From the NCBI GenBank assembly GCA_963702845.1, contig OY969763.1, positions 5,504,001 to 5,568,000 of the forward strand: a DNA stretch of 64,000 nucleotides, in the 5' to 3' direction. The DNA is from an uncultured Verrucomicrobiae bacterium. Lineage in GTDB: Bacteria > Verrucomicrobiota > Verrucomicrobiia > Limisphaerales > Palsa-1400. The notes under the pieces were generated by a model. It made no database searches and was not told the DNA's origin. It saw only the letters and a list, made by a program, of their open reading frames with translations. Below are positions 10,161-20,348 of this stretch, piece by piece (positions within the stretch are counted from its first letter, which is position 1; every line of letters starts with the position of its first letter). Made by a program: the position numbers and the translations under genes.

Positions 10161-11267
10161 TTAATCTGGCTGAATCGGAAGCGTGAATGAAAAAACGGCG
10201 CCGCCTTTGGGCGAGTTGCGGACCGTAATTTTGCCGTGAAATTCTTCAATCGTTTTTTTGGAGATGGTCAGGCCGAGTCCCGTGCCATTCGCTTTTCCAA
10301 AAGTCACGAATGGTTGAAATAGTTTATCGGCGATCTCAGGTGCGATTCCGGTGCCAGTGTCTTCGACTTCGGTCATAACTTCGGCATCGACCGTTTTCAC
10401 CCGCACAAAAATTCGTCCACCTGATCCGGTGGCATCGGCAGCATTGCCGAACAGGTTGTAGAATACCTGGGTCAAACGCAGCGCGTTGATTTGCACCGTC
10501 ACGAATGGAATCGTGCCTTCGACCAGCACCGTCATCTCGCGCAGACCGAGTTCCTGCCGAATGTCCTCTATAATCTGTTTAACAAATTGCGCGTAGTTAA
10601 CGCGACTCAACAGGCACGACGATGTGTTGGATCCCCGAGCATATTCGAGCAATTCGTTGACCATCGTAGTGATGCGCTCGACCTGTTTCGAAATACGCGT
10701 TTTCGACGTGCTACGCGCGTCCTGCGTCGCATTCGGCATCGCGGCTATTTCTGCCGACAAGCTGATGACATGCAGCGGATTTTTGATGTCATGAACGATC
10801 GCGCTGGCAAACCGCCCAACTAAAGCGAGACGTTCAGCATCGAGCACCTCGCGAACGTATTGACGATTGAAATCGCGGAGGCGACCGCTGATTTCGCGGA
10901 CGAGCCCAATCGTCAGTTGCGGTGTGCGATTCATCATCTCGAGCAAGTCAGTGCGTGAAACGAAGTAAACCGTGGTTGTTTCCCCGGCCAACGCCGTGGC
11001 CGAACGAGGATCGCTGTCGACGACGGCCATTTCGCCAAATAACTCACCGGGTCCAAGTTTGGAAATGATTCGCAATTCACCGGAAGATGCCACCACCGCA
11101 ATGTGAACCTCGCCGCCTTTAACAACGTAAATTCCATCACCGGGATTGCCTTGTTTGAAGATGGTTTCGCCCATCCCGTAGGTGCGCTCACGGGTGACTT
11201 GGCGCAAGCTCTCGAGTTCAGCAACGGGTAATTCTCGGAACAGCTTGCAGGACTCAAGCGAAACCAT
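10161..11267 (-). CDS. Cytoplasmic cyclic-nucleotide-binding sensor histidine kinase
   Basis: cNMP domain (IFKQG..GD, FGEMA, PRSATA), then HisKA (VHDIKNPL) and HATPase (NLFGNA, DTGTGI, GTGLGL); no TM. Confidence 0.92.
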   Translation of the reverse strand: MVSLESCKLFRELPVAELESLRQVTRERTYGMGETIFKQGNPGDGIYVVKGGEVHIAVVASSGELRIISKLGPGELFGEMAVVDSDPRSATALAGETTTVYFVSRTDLLEMMNRTPQLTIGLVREISGRLRDFNRQYVREVLDAERLALVGRFASAIVHDIKNPLHVISLSAEIAAMPNATQDARSTSKTRISKQVERITTMVNELLEYARGSNTSSCLLSRVNYAQFVKQIIEDIRQELGLREMTVLVEGTIPFVTVQINALRLTQVFYNLFGNAADATGSGGRIFVRVKTVDAEVMTEVEDTGTGIAPEIADKLFQPFVTFGKANGTGLGLTISKKTIEEFHGKITVRNSPKGGAVFSFTLPIQPD

Positions 11268-11317
11268 GCGACGAATTTATGAGATTACAGAACCGACCGA
11301 AAGCCAAAACGGTTACG

Positions 11318-12313
11318 CTAAGCGGAGCGTCGGATGTTCACCCACGTATGCACGTGGGGCGAACCGCGGAAATACCAGACCATCGCCGGTCCTTCCAATT
11401 GCCACACGTCCCAAACCCCGTCGTTGCCGATATCCATATTCTTATAGAAAGACATGTGCACGTTATCCATGCCGTTTGCCTCAATAAGCTTCATCGCTTC
11501 GTCCGCATCGGTTTTGCGGAACGGCGCGAGTAGATCCGCCATGACTTTTCGCACTTCACCTTTCTGATCGCGCGACAGGGCGCCGATCGGAATACCGGGC
11601 AACTCATTTGTGCCTTTGAGTTTCACGGTTTCGGTGCCGCGCTCGGCGCGTGGATTGCCTAGTAACGCCAATTCGCGTTGTTTCCCGTCGAGCATTTGGA
11701 ACACGTGATTGGCGCGAACGGCTTGATACCAATACACGTTGCCGGGATGCGTCGGCGCCTCGTTAAAACCTTCCGCCGCGTGCCCATAAAAAATCGGCCC
11801 GCCAAACGCCGCCCCTTCCACCGAATCACCATCGCAACGCCGCGTGCAATGCCTGCCCGTCAGCACAAATTCAAATTTCCCCGTTCCGGGTTCACCGAAC
11901 AACGCCACCGAACAGTCCTTGAAAGTTCCAGGTCCGCCGCCGTCGTGCTCCACCTGTGCAAAAACGCGCTTGGCATATTCCGGACTGTGCAGCCCATTGA
12001 AAATCTCGCCGACCATTGCCTGCTGATCGCGATTGAGTAGTTCGCCAATCGTGGTCCGGGTGATATGCCAGTTATTATCCACTTTAGAGCGCAGCGGATG
12101 ATCGAACGGGAATACAATTTTTTTGCTTTGCTCTTCCGTGAGTGATTTGAACAAAGTCGCCGACAGCGTTTCCGATGTTGGCTTGGGTTTGGCGTGAGCT
12201 GCCGTTGCCGCTGCACCACTGGCGAGAGCAGCGGCTCCGATGACGGTCGTTTTGAGGAAGTCACGGCGCGTGATGTGACAATCAGCGCATGTCGAAGAAG
12301 GCCGGGCTGTCAT
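11318..12313 (-). CDS. Tat-exported DUF3500-type protein
   Basis: TRRDFLK Tat motif; FGEPG..FEF..TGRH, FGGPIFYG, FRGSPHVH motifs. Confidence 0.8.
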   Translation of the reverse strand: MTARPSSTCADCHITRRDFLKTTVIGAAALASGAAATAAHAKPKPTSETLSATLFKSLTEEQSKKIVFPFDHPLRSKVDNNWHITRTTIGELLNRDQQAMVGEIFNGLHSPEYAKRVFAQVEHDGGGPGTFKDCSVALFGEPGTGKFEFVLTGRHCTRRCDGDSVEGAAFGGPIFYGHAAEGFNEAPTHPGNVYWYQAVRANHVFQMLDGKQRELALLGNPRAERGTETVKLKGTNELPGIPIGALSRDQKGEVRKVMADLLAPFRKTDADEAMKLIEANGMDNVHMSFYKNMDIGNDGVWDVWQLEGPAMVWYFRGSPHVHTWVNIRRSA

Positions 12314-12375
12314 GTGAGTAAGATGCTCCGTACCGCAGCGCACGGCAACATGGTTTTGCACGGGTTGCCAGAGGT

Positions 12376-12771
12376 CTAAGGCCCGCGCAAATATTGCACC
12401 ACATCCTGCAATTGAGGCGACTTCGCAAAAACCGTGCCTACGCCGAGTTCTGTGACGCGCCGGATGTCTCGTCCGTCATCGGAGGAACTCAACACGATCA
12501 TCTGGATTGTGGAGAATTGCGGACGGTCACGCAGCCATTCCAACACTTCAAACCCGGACTTGATCGGCATTCTCAGGTCCAGCACAAGCACATCGGGAAA
12601 TGGAAAACGCTGTCGGTCACTATACATCCCGGTGCCCAGCAGATACTCCACAACTTGCACACCGTCCCGCACCACGTAGATATCGTACGGCAATGTCGCG
12701 CGACGAAATGCGATCTGGAAGATCAACACGTCATCGGAATTGTCATCGGCCAAAAGGATTGCTTTCCGCAT
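12376..12771 (-). CDS. Single-domain response regulator (receiver)
   Basis: ILLADD, VLDLRMP..SGFEVL, LSSS, conserved K. Confidence 0.92.
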   Translation of the reverse strand: MRKAILLADDNSDDVLIFQIAFRRATLPYDIYVVRDGVQVVEYLLGTGMYSDRQRFPFPDVLVLDLRMPIKSGFEVLEWLRDRPQFSTIQMIVLSSSDDGRDIRRVTELGVGTVFAKSPQLQDVVQYLRGP

Positions 12772-12894
12772 AGTCAAAAATCGTTAACTCCTTGTTAACG
12801 ACTCTTGCAGCAGAGGAATAAAATGGCAACGCACGGCGCTTCAAAATGCCCCGTCTCGCCGCCTCAGGCTTTCGCCCATGTGACAGCCGAAGAT

Positions 12895-13884
12895 TTATTT
12901 GACGAGGCCTAACTCCGCCGCCATCGCCTTCTCGTCTTTCAATTCTTTGACAGTCGCGTCGATTTTGCCGCGGCTGAAATCGTTCACCTTCAGGCCTTGG
13001 ACGATTTCCACTTTGCCCGCGATGCTGCGGGTCGGGTAAGAGCAGATAATGCCCGGCTCGATTCCGTAGCTGCCATCGGAAGGAACGCACAAGCTGTTCC
13101 AGTCGCCGGCTGGCGTCGGATGAATGATGGACTTCACTGAATCGATGGCTGCATTCGCCGCGCTGGCTGCGCTGCCTGCGCCACGCGCTTTCAAGACGGC
13201 CGTTCCGCGTTGCGCCACAGTGGTGACGAAATCGTTCTGCAACCAATTTTCATCTTTGATGACATCCATCGCCGGTTTGCCGCCTATCTTCGCATTGTAA
13301 AAGTCCGGGAACATCGTCGGGCTATGATTGCCCCAGATGGCGAGGTTCGACACCGTCGTAATATCCGCGCCGGCTTTCTTGGCCAGCTGCGCCTTGCCGC
13401 GGTTTTCGTCGAGGCGTGTCATGGCAAACCAACGGTCCTGCGAGATTTCCGGTGCGCTGCGCATCGCGATCAAACAATTCGTGTTGCACGGATTGCCGAC
13501 CACCACAATGCGCACATCCTTGGCCGCATGCTTCGCCAAAGCCTGGCCTTGTCCGGTGAAAATTTTGCCGTTAATGCCGAGCAAATCTTTGCGTTCCATT
13601 CCCGGCTTGCGTGAAACGGAACCGATTAACAGCGCCCAACTGATGCCGTTAAAACCTTCTTCCAGTTTCGAAGTTGCGTTGAGGCCTTTGAGCACGGGCG
13701 AAGCGCAGTCCAGTAATTCCATCACCACGCCTTCCATGACGGGTAAGGCTGGTTCGATGTCGACCAGATTAAGAATAATCGGCTGGTCGGTTCCGAACAC
13801 TTCGCCTGAAGCGATTCGAAACAAAATGGAATAACCGATCGCGCCCGCAGCGCCCGTCACAGCAACACGAATAGGACTTTTCAT
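12895..13884 (-). CDS. mdh: Malate dehydrogenase (type 2 family)
   Basis: VAVTGAAGAIGY, GMERKDL, VVGNPCNTN, MTRLDENR, WGNHS. Confidence 0.96.
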   Translation of the reverse strand: MKSPIRVAVTGAAGAIGYSILFRIASGEVFGTDQPIILNLVDIEPALPVMEGVVMELLDCASPVLKGLNATSKLEEGFNGISWALLIGSVSRKPGMERKDLLGINGKIFTGQGQALAKHAAKDVRIVVVGNPCNTNCLIAMRSAPEISQDRWFAMTRLDENRGKAQLAKKAGADITTVSNLAIWGNHSPTMFPDFYNAKIGGKPAMDVIKDENWLQNDFVTTVAQRGTAVLKARGAGSAASAANAAIDSVKSIIHPTPAGDWNSLCVPSDGSYGIEPGIICSYPTRSIAGKVEIVQGLKVNDFSRGKIDATVKELKDEKAMAAELGLVK

Positions 13885-14051
13885 AAAGAGTCAAAATAAT
13901 GCTGCTCTCTGTCCCGCACGCAAGCGCAATTCAATCAGTAGTTTCTCTGTTGCTTTGATAAGCATTTTGCACCGCCTTTTTTCCCTGACTCGGAAAACAA
14001 GGTTTTGTCCGTAGTCCCGCTTTGGGGGTGTTCGCTAGGATTCGGCCAACC

Positions 14052-17000
14052 ATGAGTGTTTCGCCCTTAGGGCAAGGTCTGATCACAGCTTGTCTGCTGA
14101 TCGCATCGCCAGTATTCGCGGCAACGACGTATCTGAAAATCGCCGCCACGCAACCGAGTGTATCCGGCCTCGTTTGTGTTCGTGCCATCATTAAACAATC
14201 CGACGGCACTTACGTGTCCGGCGAATGGGGAAGCTCTTCCTGGCCGAGCGTTACGATTCGCGGCAAGGCCATAAATCCGACCAACATTATCGCCGTCCCG
14301 ACTGGCACCACACAGATCACCATTGGCAAAGGCCCCGATTACTTGCCGCAAACGATCACCACAAATCTCTCACAAGCCAATGTGACGAATATTATCAGCG
14401 TCAGTCTCCAGCCTCAACTCGACTTTTATAATCGCGGTTGGCGCGGCGGTGATGCCCATTTGCATTATTATCACGGAGAAAACGAAATCACGCATTCGCC
14501 ACAGGAAGTATTCACCATGTGCGCCGCTGGCGGCATGAACTTCGCCTCACTCGCGGAAGAGCACTACGGCGCCACCACGCTTACCCGGCAGCAAATGCTC
14601 GACACCTGGAAAGTGTTCGACAACTCCGAATGCAAAATATGGGACGGGATTGAAGAACCGAAAAACCAATGGGGCCACCACGTCGCATTTCTCTACGACC
14701 CATGGGCCATCCGCAGCGCCATTCCTTATCCGTGGGGCGTCTACAATGTCCACGAGCAAGGCGGGGTCAGCTATCCGGTCCACCCTGATCGTTTTTACCC
14801 CGCTCGGCTCTACAACGGCCAATATGCTGCCTACCCACTTAACAATCATCTCAAAAGTTTCCCAATCGAAGCCCTCGCCGGCCACTTGCTCGACGCCTTC
14901 AGTGGCGTGTCCGATGAACCCTACAAACCACTCAATCTCACCTCATATGTGAAACTGCTCTCCATGGGCTACAAAATCCCGCTCATGTGCGATTCCGACT
15001 TTTGTTTCGACCGCATCAATAATGGCAACAAAGGCCTTGGTCTCTGGATGAATTATTTTCAGATGGAAGGCAACCCGCTTTCTCGCGCCGCGCTTTGTAA
15101 CGCCATTCGCAAAGGGCGTGTCATGTGTACCACCGGTCCGATGCTCTCCTTTTCGATCGACAACGCCATCAGCGGCGACACGCTTCCCGCTGACGGCGCG
15201 CAACACACGCTTCGGATCGAAGCGAGTTACAAATTCAACCCATGGACCCTCGCCTCAACAACCTTCGACGGGACCGCCCCCTGCCAAATCACGACGATTG
15301 ATCTGATCCGTAACGGCCAAATCATTCGCACGTGGAACATCAACGCTCCGACCACTTTGATTCAGACTCCAATTAGCGAACCAACCAACAACGTTTCCTA
15401 CATGGTCCGCGTCGCCGGCAATGAATCGATTTGGGTGGCCGCATACGCCAGTCCAATTTATTTCGAAAACACCCCACGCCCACGCCAGCCTTCCGTTTTC
15501 AAATCTCTTGTCCAGGGCCGCATCTATGATTCCAAAACCGGCGCAGCTCTCGCGGGGAATGTTTCCTGCGTCCGCTATGGTTTTACAAATTGGACGATCA
15601 ATGTCGGCTCGACCGGTTTGTTCCGTGCTTATGTCCCTATCGACGCCGACCTCGTCGCAACTGACGCCACCGGCCGGTCATTTACGCAAAATATTCACAA
15701 GGTCGAATCAGCCTATTCCTTCTGTCACTATCTTCCCGACAATTATCCCGACGACAAAGGCCCGGCCGTGGACGCGTTCAGTAATCTCGTCCAACAACTC
15801 AATTACGAATTCCCGCTCGGCTTCCAACTCGCCGCGTCCTACGTCCGGACAAATCTGACCAGCGACCTGGCCCTGACAAACGTCTCCATTCTGTCCGCGC
15901 CAACCGCGACTTCCGGCAAAACAACCACTGAAATTGTCATGCTGCTCGTCGACAAAACGCAGGTTCAGCCGGGCGATACCATTAATTACGCCGCCATTTT
16001 CCGCCAACCGAACAACGTCACACCAACCGAACAACTCTCGATCGTCTGGAACGGTTGGAATCCGGCTTATCCGCACATTAATACCAAGTACGAATATTCC
16101 TTCGGCGAAAATTCCGGCACAGCCGGGACAAGTATTGGCAGCGGTTTCTGGATGCGCGCCGGATCGATCGTTGTTCCAAACTGGGTTACCAACGACACCA
16201 CGACGACCGCCGCCATCGACATGTTCGTCCGCGTTATCGGATCTGTTTCTGAATCGGGCCACCTCTTGCTGCGGGTCGGGCCCACCAAACACGAACTCCT
16301 CGTCAGTTCAACTTGCGATGGCTGGCCCTCCACGTGGGGTCAGCTCGGCATTGGTCCGTGCAACTTCTATCGCGATAACGCCAACATCCGTTACGCCAAT
16401 TACCGGTCCATGTCCGTTCGCCTGAACTTCAACGGCCAAAACATCACCATTAGTCCGCTCACCGACACAACGCACGTCGCCGATGCGGATAATGCGATCT
16501 TCTACGAAAATTTTTTCTACGATGGCAACTGCGAGCCACAATACCGCAACATCCCGTTCCGCGATGCCGTCCGCACCCAACCGTCACCGCCGAACTTCAG
16601 TTCAGTTCTCATTCAAGATCCACCCGATACCACGCCACCAAACGTTGTGCTGATGGAGCCGTTCAATGGCGATCAGGTTCAGGGAGCACAACAACGGTTG
16701 TTCTATTTTATCGATGACTTCGGCCTCTCTGGCGTCAGCAATGCAAATGTGATTATTGACGGCGTTGTCCGAATTGCTGGTACCACCAGCAATCCTGTTG
16801 TGGTCAGCCTCACCTCCGGTGCGCACACCTGGCAAATCCGTGGATACGACAAAGCCGGCAACTCGGCCTTAAGCGAAATTCGCGCGATCAATGTGGTAAA
16901 CGGGGCTTCGGCTCCAACGACCCTAAAAAACTCTGCCTTTGTTCCGCCTGGGAAGTTCCGCTTTCAGTTCGATTCCGTGTCAGGCCAAAACTACACCGTC

Positions 17001-17126
17001 CAGTTCAGCACGAATACGATGACGTGGCCTACGCTGCTGCTGACGAATGCGGCGACTTCGAGTATTAACGTGACCGATCAAGTAACCGCAGTGTCACGCA
17101 TTTACCGGGTCCTGAACGGCCCGTGA
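14052..17126 (+). CDS. Secreted CehA/McbA-like PHP metallohydrolase with Ig-like and C-terminal beta-rich domains
   Basis: Signal peptide; GWRGGDAHLHY, WGHH, VHP, DSD, AIRKGR..TTGP, ASPIY; DTTPP...YDKAGN Ig module; terminal GQNYTVQFSTN..W...RIYRV. Confidence 0.75.
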   Translation: MSVSPLGQGLITACLLIASPVFAATTYLKIAATQPSVSGLVCVRAIIKQSDGTYVSGEWGSSSWPSVTIRGKAINPTNIIAVPTGTTQITIGKGPDYLPQTITTNLSQANVTNIISVSLQPQLDFYNRGWRGGDAHLHYYHGENEITHSPQEVFTMCAAGGMNFASLAEEHYGATTLTRQQMLDTWKVFDNSECKIWDGIEEPKNQWGHHVAFLYDPWAIRSAIPYPWGVYNVHEQGGVSYPVHPDRFYPARLYNGQYAAYPLNNHLKSFPIEALAGHLLDAFSGVSDEPYKPLNLTSYVKLLSMGYKIPLMCDSDFCFDRINNGNKGLGLWMNYFQMEGNPLSRAALCNAIRKGRVMCTTGPMLSFSIDNAISGDTLPADGAQHTLRIEASYKFNPWTLASTTFDGTAPCQITTIDLIRNGQIIRTWNINAPTTLIQTPISEPTNNVSYMVRVAGNESIWVAAYASPIYFENTPRPRQPSVFKSLVQGRIYDSKTGAALAGNVSCVRYGFTNWTINVGSTGLFRAYVPIDADLVATDATGRSFTQNIHKVESAYSFCHYLPDNYPDDKGPAVDAFSNLVQQLNYEFPLGFQLAASYVRTNLTSDLALTNVSILSAPTATSGKTTTEIVMLLVDKTQVQPGDTINYAAIFRQPNNVTPTEQLSIVWNGWNPAYPHINTKYEYSFGENSGTAGTSIGSGFWMRAGSIVVPNWVTNDTTTTAAIDMFVRVIGSVSESGHLLLRVGPTKHELLVSSTCDGWPSTWGQLGIGPCNFYRDNANIRYANYRSMSVRLNFNGQNITISPLTDTTHVADADNAIFYENFFYDGNCEPQYRNIPFRDAVRTQPSPPNFSSVLIQDPPDTTPPNVVLMEPFNGDQVQGAQQRLFYFIDDFGLSGVSNANVIIDGVVRIAGTTSNPVVVSLTSGAHTWQIRGYDKAGNSALSEIRAINVVNGASAPTTLKNSAFVPPGKFRFQFDSVSGQNYTVQFSTNTMTWPTLLLTNAATSSINVTDQVTAVSRIYRVLNGP

Positions 17127-17134
17127 GTTTTGTG

Positions 17135-18340
17135 TTAACGAAGAACTGCGCCCGCCCCATCCACAATCTGGCAAACGCGTGGCGTCATCTCGATGCCCGA
17201 TTGCTTCGTGTAATCGCGGGCCATGTCGGCCATGAACGATTCCAAACCCAGTCGCCGCACGAGGTTGATCGTCGCGCCTCCAAATCCACCACCAGTCAAA
17301 CGCGCCCCGAGGGCTGCCGGATGTTTCCGCGCCTGCGCCACTAACAAATCCAACTCCTCCGTGCTATTCTTGAAGGAATCGCGCGAGCTGTCGTGGCTTT
17401 GGAACATGAACTGCCCGAACTGTTCGAAGTCACCATCGTGCAACGCGCGTTCGCCAAAATTCACACGCTGGATTTCTCCGACCACGTGATACGCACATTG
17501 ATACTGCCGTTCCGTCAGCTTCGATTTATTCGCGTTCAGCATCTTTGGATCAACCGCCCGTAAATTTTTCACGCCCATGGCCAAGGCGGCCGCTTCGCAT
17601 TCACGCCGCAGTTCGTTGTATTCGCCGCCGACCAGCGAGTGTTTCACGCCGGAATTACACACCACGATCGCAACGTCCCCAATCATTGGCACCAGTTCAA
17701 CCGTGAGGTTCAGAAAATCAATCAGCATCGCATGCTGCGCTTTCCCGAACAGCGAAGAAATCTGGTCGAGCAACCCTGACTTCACGCCCACAAAATTATT
17801 TTCCGCAGCCTGGCAAACCTTTGCCATCGCCAATCGCTCGTGCCGATTTAGCGTAGGCAGATGATGCTTCGCATCATGCTGGGGCGGTGCCGCCGCGCCG
17901 TTTTCCGAAATGGTGTAAGGATACATTTCCCGCACCATCAGCGCCGTCACGACCTCCAACGCCGCCGAACTGCTCATGCCCGCGCCGATCGGAACGTTTC
18001 CATGAATCGCCGCATTGAAACCGTTGAAGCCAACGCCTCGCTTGCGCAACTCATCCAAAACGCCTTTGACATAATTAGCCCACGGCGCATTTGGGTTGTG
18101 TTCGAGCCGATCGGCCAGAAAAACTTCTTTGTCAGGATACGCCGTCGAAACAAGTTCGATTCGGCCATCTTTGCGGGGCGAAGCGGCGACTTGAATGTAA
18201 CGATCCACCGCCAGCGCCAGAACGACGCCCTGATTGTAGTCAGTGTGGTTTCCTAACAACTCCAGACGACCCGGCGCTTGCACGATGTGCACCGGTGGCG
18301 CGCCGAACTTTTGCTTATAAAAGGATTCAACCTCGAGCAT
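17135..18340 (-). CDS. galK: Galactokinase
   Basis: APGRLELLGNHTDYN, PIGAGMSSSAALE, GLLDQ, GARLTGGGFGG. Confidence 0.95.
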   Translation of the reverse strand: MLEVESFYKQKFGAPPVHIVQAPGRLELLGNHTDYNQGVVLALAVDRYIQVAASPRKDGRIELVSTAYPDKEVFLADRLEHNPNAPWANYVKGVLDELRKRGVGFNGFNAAIHGNVPIGAGMSSSAALEVVTALMVREMYPYTISENGAAAPPQHDAKHHLPTLNRHERLAMAKVCQAAENNFVGVKSGLLDQISSLFGKAQHAMLIDFLNLTVELVPMIGDVAIVVCNSGVKHSLVGGEYNELRRECEAAALAMGVKNLRAVDPKMLNANKSKLTERQYQCAYHVVGEIQRVNFGERALHDGDFEQFGQFMFQSHDSSRDSFKNSTEELDLLVAQARKHPAALGARLTGGGFGGATINLVRRLGLESFMADMARDYTKQSGIEMTPRVCQIVDGAGAVLR

Positions 18341-18572
18341 GGAACAAGGTACCTGTGCCACACCTTTTCGCACCCGTAAAATCCAATTTTCCTCAATTAA
18401 AGGCGCCGAGGCGTCGCTCTGGCGCGGCCTTCCTCATTCGTCACGCAAACAATAATCGCCGCGATGTTAAGCCAATATGTTTGATTGGCATGAGAACTGT
18501 TAAGAAGGTGTGAAAGTCGCGTTGGCGAAAATTTTCTAGATACGCCGCCGCCGCGACGATAGCCTTAACTTA

Positions 18573-19910
18573 ATGAAAAAGTCCACGTCCCCTACCGCTA
18601 CACGCATGAACCGTCGTCGTTTCCTGGGCCTGGCCGGAGCCGCTGCTGCCGCGCCTATGATCGTTCCCTCGCACGTGCTTGGCCTCGGCAACTGGCCCTC
18701 GCCCAACAGCCGCATCGTCATGGGGGTTGTCGGTTGGGGCATGATGGGCCCGGGCAACACTGAGAATTTCTTGAAGGAAAAGGACTGCCAGATCGTGGCC
18801 GCGTGCGATCTCGATAAAGAAGCCCTCGGCAAAGCCGTCGACAAGGTCAACGGTCACTATAAGAACAAGGACTGCAAGGCTTACCACGATTATCGCGAAA
18901 TGATGGCCCGTCCCGATATCGACGCCGTCATGCTCGCCATTCCCGACCATTGGCATGCGCTTGCCGCCACTGAAGCCTGCCGTCAAAAGAAGGATGTTTA
19001 CGGCGAAAAACCACTCGCCCGCACCATCGTCGAACAACGCGCCATCGTTGACGCCGTCCACCGGAATCATCGCGTTTGGCAAACCGGTTCGTGGCAACGT
19101 TCCACCTCCAATTTTCACAAAGCCGCTGAGATTGTTCGCAGCGGATTCATCGGCAAAGTCAAACGTGTCGAAGTCGGCTTGCCCGATGGCCACGTCGATT
19201 TCAAACACACCAAAGACAAATGCCTGGTCAGCGAACCACCGGCACGCCTTGACTACGATATGTGGGTCGGCCCTTCCCAAATGATTCCTTACATGGAATG
19301 CCGCGTGCACATGAACTGGCGCTGGCACTACAATTTCGGCGGCGGCCAATTACTTGACTGGGTTGGCCACCACCTCGACATCGCCCATTGGGGCCTTGGT
19401 TTCGACAAGATTGGTCCGATGACCGTCGAAGGCACCGGCGAATTTCCGGAACGCAACGCCGTCTGGAACACCGCCACCAAATACCGCGTCGAAATGGAAT
19501 ACCCGCACAACGTCCACATCACGATTGCCGGCGGCCATCCCGATATTAAAAGCGGCACCAAATGGATCGGCACCGACGGTTACGTCTGGGTCGATCGTGG
19601 TGAGAAGCTCGAATGTTCGAATCCAAATTGGAAAGGCGGCGCTGATTTGCCGACGTCCATCTCCCACGTGCACCTTTACAAATCCACCAATCACCAGCGC
19701 AACTTTCTTGACTGCGTTAAATCGCGGAAAGAGACGATCACGCCCGTGGACGTGGCGCACCATTCGGCAATCCCCGGTCATCTTGGCCTCATCTCGATGC
19801 TCGTCAATCGCAAGATCCGGTGGGATTATCAAAGCGAACAAATCATCGACGACGCGGAAGCCAGCAGATATCTCGGCCGCGAATATCGCGCCCCCTGGAA
19901 ACTCGTTTAA
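18573..19910 (+). CDS. Tat-exported Gfo/Idh/MocA family oxidoreductase
   Basis: NRRRFL Tat motif; PDHWH, YGEKP, QTGSWQRS, GGGQLLDWVGHHLDIAHW. Confidence 0.93.
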   Translation: MKKSTSPTATRMNRRRFLGLAGAAAAAPMIVPSHVLGLGNWPSPNSRIVMGVVGWGMMGPGNTENFLKEKDCQIVAACDLDKEALGKAVDKVNGHYKNKDCKAYHDYREMMARPDIDAVMLAIPDHWHALAATEACRQKKDVYGEKPLARTIVEQRAIVDAVHRNHRVWQTGSWQRSTSNFHKAAEIVRSGFIGKVKRVEVGLPDGHVDFKHTKDKCLVSEPPARLDYDMWVGPSQMIPYMECRVHMNWRWHYNFGGGQLLDWVGHHLDIAHWGLGFDKIGPMTVEGTGEFPERNAVWNTATKYRVEMEYPHNVHITIAGGHPDIKSGTKWIGTDGYVWVDRGEKLECSNPNWKGGADLPTSISHVHLYKSTNHQRNFLDCVKSRKETITPVDVAHHSAIPGHLGLISMLVNRKIRWDYQSEQIIDDAEASRYLGREYRAPWKLV

Positions 19911-19930
19911 GTTTTAGTGCAAGTTCCTCG

Positions 19931-19963
19931 AAAGGACCGGCTTTTTGCCGGTCCTTTTTCTTT
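19931..19963 (+). terminator. Intrinsic terminator (possibly bidirectional)
   Basis: AAAGGACCGGC-TTTTT-GCCGGTCCTTT stem followed by a T-rich tail. Confidence 0.85.
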
Positions 19964-20190
19964 ATAGCAATACCATCTGCTTCGTCAGCTTATGCCGCTT
20001 TGATGTTTCATCTGCTTAGAACAGCAGAACCAAAAAATATCATCGAAATGTTTCTACTTCTGGCAACTTTCTTCTACTTCCGGCAATTAGTTGCCAAGTG
20101 GAGATAATCTGTAGAAGGAAATGTTTCTACTTTTGTCAAAGAGCGCATCCGGTTTTCTGTTTCCCGAATACCGGTAAGGGCCGGTGGCTG
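19931..20190 (-). ncRNA. Candidate non-coding transcript (about 260 nt) containing boxA-like motif and 10/20-bp repeats
   Basis: Lies between a consensus minus-strand promoter (20196-20223) and a hairpin; only a 24-codon ORF; GCTCTTTGACAA at 20133-20144; AAGTAGAAACATTTC occurs twice. Confidence 0.4.
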
Positions 20191-20195
20191 AGGGC

Positions 20196-20223
20196 ATTAT
20201 AACATGAAGCCACGGCGTGTCAA
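20196..20223 (-). promoter_or_regulatory. Consensus sigma70 promoter
   Basis: TTGACA-16 bp-TATAAT with extended -10 TG and GC-rich discriminator (GCCCT). Confidence 0.8.
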
Positions 20224-20348
20224 TGTAGTGTAGTACGCCACTGCGAAGGCGCATTCATCCGAGTCCGTCAGTGGTTAAGGGATCAAGCGACGTTCGGCAC
20301 GTTCGGCCTTTATTTTTGCCCACCAAGACCATACCTTCCATTTCGCGC

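Noticed and set aside
19960..20190. rRNA or tRNA gene downstream of the rrn-like promoter and boxA
   Set aside because: No 16S 5' sequence, cloverleaf or T-loop motif follows
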